From an uncultured candidate division Zixibacteria bacterium (lineage in GTDB: Bacteria; Zixibacteria; MSB-5A5; UBA10806): a stretch of 64,000 bases of DNA. Location: NCBI GenBank assembly GCA_963817915.1, contig CAWFQL010000009.1, positions 160,001 to 224,000 of the forward strand. Reading direction: 5' to 3'. Positions within the stretch are counted from its first letter, which is position 1; each line of letters opens with the position of its first letter. A program made the position numbers and the translations under genes. Below, in pieces: positions 52,074 to 63,934 of this stretch. The notes below the pieces were generated by a model. That model saw only the letters and a program-made list of their open reading frames with translations, did not search any database and was not told the DNA's origin.

Positions 52074-54252
52074 CTAGACTACCCAGGGTATCTCGTGTCC
52101 CCCCGGTCCGGGTAGCTCGATCTCCAATGTCTCCGATGGCGGCCAGCTTTCGAGAAGCTGATTGCCTTCCTTTATATTCAAACGCATCTGAAGCGAATTG
52201 TTTTTGCTAATCGGTAATACCTTTCAGCGGGCATGACAGCTCAAGTAAATCTTTAAGGGCAAAGTCAAATCCTGTATGCAAATCATCATTGCCAACGATT
52301 TCCCCGCTTGAGCCCTGAATCGTCATTAACACTTTTCGTGTATCGAAAAATTCAATCTCAAAGGTGAAATTGGCAAATCGTTCGCGGCTTACGGTAATTC
52401 CCCGGTCGATCTTCAAATATAAATTATCCGTATCAAAACCAAACCAAATCCCCGCGATCAATCGTTCAGCCTTGTGCATGGTCGATCCGGCCTTCAGACA
52501 ATCGAAAAAGCCCGCCTGCTGCCATTCATAGTAATGCGTTAACTTGCCATCGATTATGGGAGTGATATAATCAATAGGTTTAGATACGTGCGCTGCCAGG
52601 AAGCTGGTTCGAATCGGCTGATATAGTGCCAGAGGCGGCTCCAAGCCTATAAAATGATAAATATTAGCCAGATGCGAGCGAAAAAGCCTGTCGAAATCAT
52701 CATTATTCGGCCCAACATGATCCTCGCCGAACCACCAACACCAATCTGAGCCTTCGGAGATCATGAGTTCTTTCCAGGCCAGTTTGAGCTTGTCCTTATC
52801 GTAGTCCGGATGGCTATTTTCGAAATCTACGAGGTCTCGACGTGCATCAAAGAGCAAATCCCAGGCGCGATTATCCTCGTCATGTCCAATCCACACGGAG
52901 AAATTGTGGTTAATCCAACTGCCGGGAAACAGCTTTTTCAATACCGGAAGCTTGTCGGTGGATTTCAGATAATCACCGAATGTTACCGTCTCGAGCCAGG
53001 GAGCATCGGCGATTCGTTTATATAATGCATCGAGAAAATCGTGTCCGTCATTCTTATAGTATTCCCAGGCATTTTCACCATCGAGCATTACTGACACGAT
53101 CGGGTTTTCTGCCTTTCTGGATATCAAATTCTTATGTATTGCCTCGAGTTTCATCATAAAATCAGCCGCCGCTTTGTCGCCATCCCAATTTGAATAGACA
53201 AAACCGATATTATCCGAAAGCGCATGATCTCTGAAAAATATTGATATCGAAGCTTCGTCTTTTTGAGCCTTATACGCTTTGTACAGATCGCCGCTGGAAA
53301 TAAGGCTGTTTTTGTCATCGGAACGGCTCGGAACTCCCAGGCTCTCGCTCAGAATTTCCTCATCCGTGGCTATCCAATTGATGCCGTATTTGTGCAGAAT
53401 CGGAATTATTTCCTCCGATACTGAGCCTTCCGATGGCCACATGCCTTTCGGCTCGCGTCCAAATAGATTACGGTACATCTCAACCGCGTCAGCTACATGG
53501 CGTTCGGCGTCTTCTGGATGCCTGAAGCGCTGCTTAGGCATCGGCGCAGTCGGCATTGCGGTAATGGCGGAATCAGTATCGCACAATAATGGCAATATCG
53601 GGTGGAAAAACGGGGTAACCGAAACCTCAATCTGACCATCATCCATTTTTCGCTTCAATGTTGGAATTATTCTGGAGATTATCCCCCGCTGTTCATCCAA
53701 AATCTCGCGCTTCTCCCCTTCCGTGTACTTCTCCCCTTTGGCTTCGAGTTCCTTAAGCCGTCCGGAAGCCTTGTACATGGGATCAATCCAGGCAAGATTG
53801 GCTAGAGTCTGCAAGTCACGCCATTCGAATTCTGTCCATTTGGCTAATGCGCTTTCGCGCTGTTTATAAAGGAAATTATATCGTTTATTTGGAGCAATCA
53901 GATGATCATAATTCGCCTGGAAAAATAGTCTCAAAATATCGCTTTTATCATCGTCGGAAAGCTGATCGGCCTGCTTCAGGGTCAGAGTCAAATTCTGCTC
54001 GATAGCCTTGCCGTCAGCATAGTCAATTATTTGCTCCAGCAATGATGGTACCATGTTGAATGTCTGCTTAATCTGAGGGTGTTGATCCAATATCTCAACC
54101 ATATCCAGATAGTCCTTAACGCCGTGCAAACGCACCCATGGCAAAAAGTACTCGCCGGTCAGCAAGTCCTTATAATATGGTTGATGTTGATGCCAGAGAA
54201 AGCCGAGTTTTAGAACCGGGCCGCTATATCTTTGACTGCCCGCCTGAGCCAT
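52074..54252 (-). CDS. Glycoside hydrolase family 57 (amylopullulanase-like); +1 frameshift near 52223
   Basis: WHQHQPYY, WPSEG, LDGENAWE, EGSDWCWW; the shifted frame gives ...LLESWPP...EIPWVV-stop at 52074. Confidence 0.9.
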
Positions 54253-54258
54253 TGGGAA

Positions 54259-54933
54259 TTAATAGCTTATTTCAGCCTTGAGGCGGCGAGCGTTATTCAC
54301 TTCCGGCGAATTTGAAAATTTCTTTTCAATTTCATCATATACTTCGATGGCAGATTTCTTATCTCCCGCCTTGGCAAAATTAATCCCAGCCTTCAGGAGA
54401 TGCTGAGGAGCCCAAATATTGTCATCCGGATAGAGACTCACCGCTTGTTTATAATATTTGCCGGCGTTGGCAAAATCACCTTTTGCCTCGTAGCAGGCCG
54501 CCATTCCTGTAGCCGCGATCGATGCCATCATATTATCAGATGAGTAATCATTCGAAATTTTCTTGAATCCCTCGAGCGCTTTGTCATAATCGCCCGTATT
54601 AAAATTGGAATTAGCCAATGTCAATGCCGAGAGCCTGGCAAATGAAGTCCCGCCGTAGTTGCTGACAAGCAGATTCATGTCGGATAATGCAGCGTCCTCT
54701 TGTCCCATGGCCGCTTCCATCTGACTGCGAATAAAGATATTCTGAGCCTCGTCGTTTTTGTTTGTGCTGCTGTATCTAAGTAAAACGATGGCGATTAGCG
54801 CCACGACAAATATAAGCCCGCCAATTATAAATGGTTTGGGATTCTTTTGAACATACTCAGTTGTCATGAAGGCAGTTGAAACCAATCTATCTTGTTTCAT
54901 TTGTTGCTTGGTAATTCTTTTTGACGGATTCAT
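54259..54933 (-). CDS. Membrane-anchored TPR protein (YfgM-like)
   Basis: Single TM followed by TPR-like helices. Confidence 0.8.
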   Translation of the reverse strand: MNPSKRITKQQMKQDRLVSTAFMTTEYVQKNPKPFIIGGLIFVVALIAIVLLRYSSTNKNDEAQNIFIRSQMEAAMGQEDAALSDMNLLVSNYGGTSFARLSALTLANSNFNTGDYDKALEGFKKISNDYSSDNMMASIAATGMAACYEAKGDFANAGKYYKQAVSLYPDDNIWAPQHLLKAGINFAKAGDKKSAIEVYDEIEKKFSNSPEVNNARRLKAEISY

Positions 54934-55100
54934 TCTGTTCGCTCCTTATCTCTATTTAGACTGCGAATCTATAATAATATCGTCACAAGGGCAAGAAATA
55001 TTTACGTGTCTGTGTCGATTGTACCTGTTTATTTGCGTGTTTTTCCGCAATTGCACTGCGGTCAAAGCAAGCTTTGACACGCAAAATAACATTATGGCTC

Positions 55101-55318
55101 GTGGTGTCGGATCGCCTGATCACACGCATAAATGCATCGGTCGGGTGAGGCCACCCGACCTCACAGCAATTTACCGGGCGGCAGTCATCCTTGACTGCCC
55201 CAAAGTAATGCGCCCCGAAGGGGCAGCTGTGGACAGCTGCCCCAGTAGGAAAATAAAAAAGGCGGACAACCTGTGCCCGCCTCTATCATCAGTGGTGTCG
55301 GGTCGCCTGACCCGACAC
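55101..55318. repeat. REP cluster with an embedded minus-strand terminator (55255-55282)
   Basis: Reversed copy of the queC insert at 55101-55166; copy of the 29593 composite; GTGTCGGGTCGCCTGACCCGACAC. Confidence 0.8.
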
Positions 55319-55345
55319 CGAAACTTCATTGTACCTTACTTTATC

Positions 55346-56680
55346 CTAAAAATACATACCGGCCGAAATCAAGAAGCGGCTGTACTTTTTGCTCAATCTT
55401 AAATGCCAGTGGCGACCTATAAATGATATTAGTATTGTATGAGTTTGAGCCGAATTGATAAGCAAGATCAATCCAGGCCTTTTCGAATTTGACACCCGTT
55501 CCGAAAGTGATTATAAAAGGCGAGACTTGATTGCCTTCTACCCTTGTGCCGGCGCTATCCAAGGAATTTAGCGCCTTAGCGACTAACGGCAATGTCATAC
55601 CACCCGCCCGGAGGGCGATTTTTGCGAAATCGGCATTGTAAGTGTATTCGGCGCCAAACCGCAACTGGGTCAGGTCTTGCCATTTGTTATTAAATGTAGT
55701 GTCGGAATATATCCTCGATTCCCATGATTCAGTAGTTTCTACCTTCGACATGGGCTTTATATCGGCGTCAAAATCAACAAGCAAATTTTCTATAGGCTTG
55801 ACCGAGATTCCAAAGGAATAGCTTAACGGATACTTGATTGTGGAAGTGATTCGTTCGATCGCTTGATAAAGTCGGAGGAGGTTCCGGAGGAACCATTGTC
55901 AATGAAGAAAATATAGTATTTTGTTTCAATTTGTACGGCGTATGGATCACGGCGCTGGCGCGTACAATATTGAATTCCCCAATTACGCCGATATCAAAAT
56001 TCAATCCGGAAAAATGCGAATTGTCGTGCTGCCATACATCGAATGTATCAGGAACAGAGTTTCCGGGCATGAATACCAGGGCACCTTTCGCGATAAATTC
56101 ATTATTTTCAAAATATCGCATATAATAATTGGCGGTGATTCCTACCCCGATACCTTCAGCCAATTTATTGGAGATCGCCGCGCTTATAGCATCCATTCCG
56201 CCGGTCTGAATAAATTTGTCCGGAGCGTCGTAATACAATGGGCGCATATATGTAAATCTCATATCGAGGATATTTCTAAAACCTCCACCGATTGCCCATT
56301 CTCTATCCATAAAGGTAACAGGCGCTACAAAGCCGAAATTATTAACAGGTGTATGCTTGCGATTAACTGTAAATTGATTAAAGTGAATTGTATCAGCATA
56401 AACGAAACCATGAAAAATTACTAAATTTATCGGATATCGATGAAAGCTGAAGGCCAAATAGAGTTTTGGTCGTGAATATCATGCCGGCGGGATTCCATGA
56501 ATAGGTCATTTCGCCCTCGGAAATTCCAAGATAGGCGTTCCCCATACCGGCGGCTCTGGCTCCGCCGCCTACGGTATTATATTCAAGATAATTACTGAAT
56601 GAGTTCTGTTGAGCGCTCAATGAGACCGTGAGAAAGATGAAAATCGAAAGCGATAGTAAAACACCAAAAAACCTTTTCAT
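55346..56680 (-). CDS. FadL/OmpP1-like outer-membrane beta-barrel, broken by three +1 frameshifts
   Basis: GARAAGMGNAY...WNPAGM motif; the repaired end reads YSRFLISAGMYF with a terminal Phe. Confidence 0.75.
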
Positions 56681-56870
56681 TATCCCTCCAAATTGCGTAA
56701 TTGATTTTTCGCCATGCTTATTATTCCTGCGAGACCAAACATGCGATGATCTCGTTGACACCATTTTTCGCTCTCTTCATGCGAGCGGCTACAATACTAC
56801 AAAGCGGGTGAAATTTAATTCCCTTCAATCTTATATGCAAGCAGTTTTTTTAAACGGGTCTAATGTAAAA

Positions 56871-56944
56871 TACCCCCGGCCCGAATTGAACGGGCGACCT
56901 GCGGTTTAGGAAACCGTCGCTCTATCCAGCTGAGCTACGGGGGC
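56871..56944 (-). tRNA. tRNA-Arg (CCT), CCA not encoded
   Basis: Reverse complement GCCCCCGTAGCTCAGCTGGATAGAGC...TTCCTAA...GTTCAATTC. Confidence 0.95.
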
Positions 56945-57035
56945 AATCGTTTTCTTGTAGTAGATAAAAATTATTAGGTGATGTGTCAAGTGAATGTTGG
57001 CATATGAGTGGATTGCATGAATACAATCAGATGTT

Positions 57036-57539
57036 TCATACTTCTATTATCTCGCCCCAGGGAGATTCATCCAAATGAAGAAGACCGAAACTACAAGGCG
57101 CTCCACGGCCATCGGTCAAGCTGCCGGGATTGAAAAAAAGAGTCCCGTTGTCTTTTGAATGATGCGGGTGATGAGTATGGCCAAAAAGAGCTATGTCAAC
57201 TTTGCCGTTAAACTCTGTTTGAACATTATGAATAGTCTCGTCCGGCCCGCCGCGTCCGTGCATGAGGCCGATATTGAAACCATCAATTTCGATAATCTTA
57301 TTGCGCTTCAGTAATCGGCGCAGATCCGGGCTATCCATATTGCCGCAGACTCCGTCGAATTGACACAGTGACCGCAAATGCTCAACCGCTTCGAGGGTGA
57401 TGAAATCCCCCAAATGTAAAATCATATCCTCCCGGCTGATTTTTTTCGTAAAAAAATCCGGGAGGATTTGACCTTTTCTTAGATGGGTATCCGAGATCAC
57501 CCATATTTTACGGGATGATTCTCGACTACCATTTATCAT
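57036..57539 (-). CDS. YfcE-like metallophosphoesterase
   Basis: SDTH, HLGD, GNMD, GHTH, NPGS. Confidence 0.92.
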   Translation of the reverse strand: MINGSRESSRKIWVISDTHLRKGQILPDFFTKKISREDMILHLGDFITLEAVEHLRSLCQFDGVCGNMDSPDLRRLLKRNKIIEIDGFNIGLMHGRGGPDETIHNVQTEFNGKVDIALFGHTHHPHHSKDNGTLFFNPGSLTDGRGAPCSFGLLHLDESPWGEIIEV

Positions 57540-57631
57540 CTTATTTTCTTTTTATGACGATCTTTGCGTAGGCGTTTTTTACGCTTATGCGTTTTTATTT
57601 TATGTCGTTTACGTTTTTTACCGCTTGGCAT
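57536..57631 (-). CDS. Small basic ribosomal protein bS22 / mS38-like (31 aa)
   Basis: MPSGKKRKRHKIKTHKRKKRLRKDRHKKKIR; ATGA overlap with the downstream gene. Confidence 0.85.
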   Translation of the reverse strand: MPSGKKRKRHKIKTHKRKKRLRKDRHKKKIR

Positions 57632-57637
57632 TTCTTC

Positions 57638-57931
57638 CTACAATTTGTTTGACGCTGCATTCATTACAAGAATTTTAAATTCATTTGATGGCTTAAATAC
57701 CGGTATTTTTCTATCCGGGACAGGCACTACGTCGCCAGTGCGAGGATTGCGAGCCTTTCTCGCCTTTCTCGGCTTGATCTTGAACGTGCCAAATCCCCTG
57801 ATTTCAATATTGGCGCCACTCTCTAAAGTAGCCTTAATCGCATCCAAAAAAGAATCGACGGTGGCGGCCACGTCTGTCCTGGTAAGTCCGGTCTTTTCCG
57901 CCACCTGTTCAACCAGATCGGCTTTTGTCAT
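57638..57931 (-). CDS. HU/IHF-family DNA-binding protein
   Basis: MTKADL, IRGFGTF, RNPRTG. Confidence 0.95.
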   Translation of the reverse strand: MTKADLVEQVAEKTGLTRTDVAATVDSFLDAIKATLESGANIEIRGFGTFKIKPRKARKARNPRTGDVVPVPDRKIPVFKPSNEFKILVMNAASNKL

Positions 57932-57968
57932 TTATCCACCTCCTGCAATCTTGATTTTATTATTTGCC

Positions 57969-58190
57969 CTAATGTTTACATCCACCGCAATTATGACTGG
58001 AACATCCGCCGCATGACGATCCGGATGATGTCACCATCGCGCGGCCTTTTGACTGAAATCCAAAAACCGAAAATTTCTTTTCGACATTGCTTGTTCCGCA
58101 TGACGGACAAAATTGATCCTGACTACTGTTCCTTATCAATAACTCGAAATCTTTTCCGCAGCTATTACAGCAATATTCAAATATAGGCAT
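57969..58190 (-). CDS. FmdB-family zinc-ribbon protein
   Basis: MPIFEY.CxxC...FE...CPxC. Confidence 0.88.
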   Translation of the reverse strand: MPIFEYCCNSCGKDFELLIRNSSQDQFCPSCGTSNVEKKFSVFGFQSKGRAMVTSSGSSCGGCSSHNCGGCKH

Positions 58191-58197
58191 AATGACC

Positions 58198-59115
58198 CTA
58201 TGGGATAAACCTATATTCCAATGATGGCACGTTATTACTGCCAGTTAGCATTCCCGGATCGATGCCGAATTTCTGCATCATCGCTTCCCACCATGTCATG
58301 CGAGTACGTCTCTCCTTGATCACGGTCGGATTATCTCCCAGATTGCACATCTCACCGGCTAATGATATAGCGTCCTGAAGAGTGCCAAGCTTGTCGACAA
58401 GCCCCAATTCCAATGCCTGACGTCCGGTATAGATCGAACCATCGGCGAGACTCTTGACTTCTTCGATATCCAGGCCCCTGCTGTCGGCGACGACATTGAC
58501 GAATTGATCGTAAGTATCATCGATTACGGACTGAAGCATTTTACGTTCATCGGAAGTCACTTCGCGGTCATAATTTCCGACATCCTTCATCTTGCCGGAT
58601 TTGAACACCTCTAAACGGACACCTACCTTATTCAATAGGCTATCGATCACGTGAAATGAGAATATCACACCGATAGAGCCGGTTATAGTTCCGGGATTGG
58701 CTACAATACTATCCGACGCGCATGAAATATAGTAGCCGCCAGACGCCGCTACCGATCCCATGGAGACAACTATGTGTTTGCCGCTTTCTTTATATCTGCG
58801 AAGCTGATCGTAGATCTCCTGTGATGCGGCCACTCCGCCGCCCGGGCTATCGACTCGAAGCACTATCGCTTTGATAGTGTTATCCTTTTCATATTTCGTC
58901 ACTTGCCTGACGACGTCATCCGAACCATCGATAACTCCATTGACTTCGATAAGCGCGATTTTACCGCCAAGCCCCTTTAAGGAAAAGCCGCTGTCTTGAG
59001 TCGCAAAATCCATCGACTTGGACATGCCCCAAAATAGGACCGCAAAACCAATGAAAAATACAAAAACAGAACCTAATATAATAACAATGATGATCTTATC
59101 CCTATTCTTTGCCAT
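58198..59115 (-). CDS. sppA: Signal peptide peptidase SppA (short form)
   Basis: DSPGG, AASGGYY, GSIGV. Confidence 0.95.
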   Translation of the reverse strand: MAKNRDKIIIVIILGSVFVFFIGFAVLFWGMSKSMDFATQDSGFSLKGLGGKIALIEVNGVIDGSDDVVRQVTKYEKDNTIKAIVLRVDSPGGGVAASQEIYDQLRRYKESGKHIVVSMGSVAASGGYYISCASDSIVANPGTITGSIGVIFSFHVIDSLLNKVGVRLEVFKSGKMKDVGNYDREVTSDERKMLQSVIDDTYDQFVNVVADSRGLDIEEVKSLADGSIYTGRQALELGLVDKLGTLQDAISLAGEMCNLGDNPTVIKERRTRMTWWEAMMQKFGIDPGMLTGSNNVPSLEYRFIP

Positions 59116-59170
59116 AACTACCGAGCCGAATTTATTTTAAGAAGACCGTGATGTCAATTCATTTTTCCAG

Positions 59171-61226
59171 TTACTTCAAATAAATCTTTAACTTATCGCC
59201 AGGATAGAGCTTCGTCCGATCGCTAATATTGTTCCACCGTATGATTTCATTAACCGCAACCGAGTAGATTTTGGCCAGTTTCCAGAGCGTTTCACCACGA
59301 CGAATTGTGTGCATTTTATAGTCTAAGCTGTTTGAATCATTGGAATTATCGGCAACAACGCGACTATTACTTGAAGTGGTTGATGGAACTTTCATATTCA
59401 TACCGGGATATATCGTTGCCGATGACAATCCATTGATATCTTTCAAAATTTCTATCGTAGTATTTTGCCTCATGGCGATTTTTGCCAGGCTATCCCCTCG
59501 CCTGACCCTGTAATTTACAAAGCCCTTTATCGATTTGGAGTCGTTGGAATCATCGGAGGCCGATGGTATCTTAAGCCACCGCCCGGCATAAATAGTGTTG
59601 CCGGAAAGATTGTTGATATCCCTCAATGATGACATGCTGACATTATATGCTGTCGCGATATCATAAAGGGTATCGCCATTTTTTACGAGATATCTTCCGG
59701 ATGAGTCGGTTTCGATCGGTTTAGATTTTTCCGCCTGAGCGACAACTGTCTTCCTCGACGTGGCTCCACCGGGTGGAATCGGAATAATAAGCTGTTGCCC
59801 GACAGACAGACGATGACGGCGATTAATATTATTGGCCTGAACAATCGCCGCGATGGATACACCGTACTTTCTGGCAATAGTCGATACAGTCTCGCCTCTT
59901 CTGACCTGATGCTGGGCCCAGGTTGTCTTTTCGGATTCGATTGTATTGTAAACTTGAGCAAATTTATCGGTATATCCCGGTGGAACTCTCAAGTAATATT
60001 CGGGCAGATTTGGGGGAGTTACACCTCTGAGCAGCTCTGGGTTCAATATCTCCAAATCGGAAACAGGAATACCAGTAGCATTGGAAATATTATTAAATGA
60101 CAAACATTTATCGATTTTAATTTTTTCGAATTCAAGCGGCTTTGGATAATTGGGATGGAAACCATACTTCTCAGGCTCTTTCGCGATAATAATTGCAGCC
60201 ATAAATAGAGGAACGTAGCTTCTGGTTTGACTGGGCAATTTCAATTTCCAGAAATCGCTGCTTTTCTTCCGTCTCATTTCCTTTGATATTCGTCCGGATC
60301 CCGCATTATAGGCGGCAAGCGACAGGTTCCATGAAGAGAAAGTATCGTATAGGTCCTTTAAATGACGGGCGGCAGCATCTGTCGATTTTTCGAAATCGCG
60401 TCTTTCATCGTACCACCAATTATGCTCCAGACCGTAGAGCCGTCCGGTTGATGATATAAATTGCCAGAAACCGGATGCCCTCGCGTAGGAATAAGCATTG
60501 GCCTTAAAACCCGATTCAATCAATGGCAAGTAGACGAGGTCATGAGGCAATCCCTTATCCTTGAATATTTTTTCCATCAGGGGAAGGTACTTGGCGGCGT
60601 TCTCCAGATAAGTCTCGAATTTATCACGCGCAACTGTCTGCAAGATAAGCCAGTGAATTTTCGACCTTTTCATTGTATTCAATTGGAATATCATATATGA
60701 CAGTATCGGCTTCCGCGAATGTATGATATTCCTGCGATTCTTTTAATTTCTTAAAATTCTTGAGGTCATCGAAAAGCTCTCTGAACGCAATCGTAGATGA
60801 TTCCGAGGATAGTTCTCCGGAACTCATTAATGTCAGTCTGTAATCCTGCTCAATTTCATTCAAGAGGGTTTCGAGACGAGTGGCTTGCTCCGGGCTTTCG
60901 TCAGGATCTATATCCATTTCGGAAATTACCGAAAGTGCTTGTTCATATGTAGCTTGAGCGGAATCCAATTTAGAAATTTGAAAATAACGAACACCTTTGG
61001 CGTAATAGTATTCAGCCTTATCAATCGCCTCGTCTATAAGGGCATTGTCAATTGTAGAATCGGCGGATGCAGAGGAATCGGTGGTAGCGGCAAGGCTTTG
61101 AACAGTATCCACCACCGGAGCAGCTTCCTGTGTTCTCATTAGCCGACCGGGATCGGGATGGGAACATCCAGTGAAGATTACCAAAATAAGCAATAATAAG
61201 CCCAAAGATGTCTTTCTAATTAGCAT
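59171..61226 (-). CDS. mltD: MltD-like lytic transglycosylase lipoprotein with four LysM domains; +1 frameshift near 60632
   Basis: FTGC lipobox; IES, GFWQF and AAYNAG SLT motifs; LysM repeats; two ORF-track pieces join at YLQTVAR. Confidence 0.85.
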
Positions 61227-61261
61227 AACCCTATCTCTTTTAATAAGATTCCCCTAAACTG

Positions 61262-62186
61262 TCAAGCCTTTTTAAGATATTCGTCCAAAGACTTGAAAAC
61301 TTTATCATAAATTTTGATGTCATTTGGATTTAGCCATTCAACACAGGCCCTATTATTAAACCAGGTAAGCTGTCTTTTGGCATAATTTCGGCTATGCTGT
61401 TTAATTAATATTACTGCATCATCCAATGATATCTGGCCCTCAATAGCCAAAATTATCTCATAATATCCGACCACTTTCTTCAGTCTTAGAATCCCCCCCA
61501 GGCCATCGGCAAGAAGTGACTTGACTTCGCTGACCAATCCGACGTCAATCATTTTATCGACCCTGTCGTCGATCCGTTTATATAGCTCTTCTCTCGAATA
61601 TTCTAATCCCAACCATCTATATTCCCCCAACGGCTCCCTATAATTTCCATGTTTTTTCATCCAGGTCAGGGTTTTGCCGGTAGAATTATATACTTCCAAT
61701 GCCCTTATAATTCTGATTCTATCGCCAGGCGATATTTTGACGGCGGCCTCTTGATCTATCGAGGCCAGTTCATCATGCAAGACCATCAGCCCCTTTTCTT
61801 CGGCCTTTTGTTCGAGCAACTGACGATAGTCCTCATTTTTCGCGGGACCCTCGAACAAACCTTTTGTAAGCGATTCCAGATAGAGGCCGGAGCCCCCGAC
61901 TATAATTGGCAATTTCCCGCGATTCGAAAACGTCATCGATTATGGGATTCGCAAGCTCAGCGTAACGCTTGGCAGTGAAATCCTCAGTAATATCGACAAT
62001 ATCGATCAGGTGGTGTTTTACCCTCTTACGGTCGTCCAAAGTAGGCTTGGCAGTTCCGATATCGAGCCTTCTATATATCTGACGGGAATCGGCGTTGATT
62101 ATTTCGCCGTTGTATCTTTCGGCAAGCTCCATTGCGAAGATCGATTTGCCGGATCCAGTCGGACCACAGACTATAATAGCTTCCAT
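61262..62186 (-). CDS. miaA: tRNA dimethylallyltransferase; +1 frameshift near 61928
   Basis: GPTGSGKS, DSRQIY..LDIGTAKP, VGGSGLY, YAKRQLTWF. Confidence 0.92.
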
Positions 62187-62190
62187 ACCC

Positions 62191-63930
62191 TTATTTCCGC
62201 CTAAAGATTTTTTCGAGGTCTTCACGATTCAATGATATTATAGTCGGACGTCCATGAGGACAGCGATAAGGCTCATCGCATCTCAGCAATTGATCTATCA
62301 GACCCGTCATTTGAATATTGGACAGCTTCTGTCCGGCCTTGACCGCGGCTTTGCAAGCAACAGCGGCCGCAATGGCATTTTTCATTTCTCGCCCCTCTTT
62401 AACATATGCCGAATACAAGCCCAATACTTCCAATAACGCCGCCTGAGGTGAAATTTTATCCATTTCGGGAGGAGTTCCGGAAATTATTATTTCATCCACC
62501 CCGAACGCTCTTGTTTCGAACCCCGCCAATGTTAAATACTCTGAAATCCTTTCGAATGTCTCATGGTCTTCTGGATTAAGTTTTACTCTCTCTTCGAAGA
62601 GAAGTTTCTGCGCCGAGGACCCATTTTGGCTAAATGCCTTAATATATTTTTCGAATAGGATTCTCTCATGGGCCGTATGCTGGTCGATAATGACAGTACC
62701 CGATTTCATATTGGCAATTATAAATGTGTCATAGAGCTGAAATACGCCATCCAGGGGTATGTTTTTGGATTCCGGCAAAGGAGATTCCTGCCGAGTGGCG
62801 CGGCTTTGATTTGGCGGATAATTTGGTTGGATGGGCGGTTCCTGAAAATTAACTGATCGATTAAAATCCGCAGCAAACTCCTGATGCAGGCTGACAGGCG
62901 ATTCTTCTTTTTTGGGATCAAATTGAGTGCCGATACTGGCAGGTAACGCCAGCGTTTTATCAAATGCCTTCTTCAAAGTAGAAAAAATGTAACCTTCATC
63001 GGCGAAACGCACCTCGGTCTTAGCCGGATGAACATTGATATCGATGAAATTCGCATCGATATCGAGATAGACCGCCGCGAATGGATGCCTGCCGGGCGGC
63101 ATTGATCGTCCGTAAGATACAGATAATGCCCCGAAGAATGTTTTATCGATCACCGGCCTTTTATTGACGAAAAAGAAGATTTCGCTCCTGGTCGAACGAT
63201 TAGTCTCGGGTTTGGAAAGATAGCCGCCAACCTTCAATGGCCCTGATGATGCACTATCGATTTCCACGAGATTGGTGGCGATACCCTGCCCCCAAACTGC
63301 CCTGAGCCTATCTATGTAATTCTCATGAGAGGCTATCGAGTTAATTGACTGGCCATCAAAACTTACCTTAAAAGATATTTCCGGATGGGCAATAATATAT
63401 CGTCGAATAATATCAGCAATCTTCCTTCGCTCGGATGAATCAGATTTTAGAAATTTTCGGCGCGCGGGGACATTATAGAAAAGATTCCTGACAGAAATAG
63501 AGCATCCTTGTCTCGGAGGCGCGGGCCCGAGAAAGACCTGTTTACCCCCCTCGAATTTTATCGAAGTGCCTGTCTTTTCGCCGGCATACGCGGTAGATAA
63601 TTCCATGATTGATACGGAGCTTATGGATGGCATCGCCTCTCCCCTGAAACCCATCGTGAAGGTCCTCAAGAGGTCGTCCCAGCTTTTAATCTTTGATGTC
63701 GCATGGCGGTAAAATGCCAATTCCACCTGATCCTTGGGTATGCCTTCGCCATCATCGACTATAAGAATTTCTTCTTTGCCTCCGCCGACAATACTGATTT
63801 CGATATTTTTCGCCGACGCATCGATCGAATTTTCAATAAGCTCTTTTACTACCGAGGCGGGATTTTCAATTACCTCGCCCGCGGCGATTCGGTCGATCAA
63901 ACCCTCCGGCAATACTTTTATGAATTTCAT
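62191..63930 (-). CDS. mutL: DNA mismatch repair protein MutL with endonuclease motif
   Basis: IAAGEV, GFRGEA, DQHTAHER, CPHGRP. Confidence 0.98.
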   Translation of the reverse strand: MKFIKVLPEGLIDRIAAGEVIENPASVVKELIENSIDASAKNIEISIVGGGKEEILIVDDGEGIPKDQVELAFYRHATSKIKSWDDLLRTFTMGFRGEAMPSISSVSIMELSTAYAGEKTGTSIKFEGGKQVFLGPAPPRQGCSISVRNLFYNVPARRKFLKSDSSERRKIADIIRRYIIAHPEISFKVSFDGQSINSIASHENYIDRLRAVWGQGIATNLVEIDSASSGPLKVGGYLSKPETNRSTRSEIFFFVNKRPVIDKTFFGALSVSYGRSMPPGRHPFAAVYLDIDANFIDINVHPAKTEVRFADEGYIFSTLKKAFDKTLALPASIGTQFDPKKEESPVSLHQEFAADFNRSVNFQEPPIQPNYPPNQSRATRQESPLPESKNIPLDGVFQLYDTFIIANMKSGTVIIDQHTAHERILFEKYIKAFSQNGSSAQKLLFEERVKLNPEDHETFERISEYLTLAGFETRAFGVDEIIISGTPPEMDKISPQAALLEVLGLYSAYVKEGREMKNAIAAAVACKAAVKAGQKLSNIQMTGLIDQLLRCDEPYRCPHGRPTIISLNREDLEKIFRRK

Positions 63931-63934
63931 TAAA

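Noticed and set aside
54866..55402. 178 aa plus-strand ORF, and ORFs at 30561-31071 and 35457-35884
   Set aside because: They run through REP palindrome clusters and lack protein-like features
52207..62186. Programmed frameshifting or phase variation in GH57, mltD and miaA
   Set aside because: Runs are only 2-5 nt, with no shared slippery motif or stimulatory structure; sequencing error is more parsimonious
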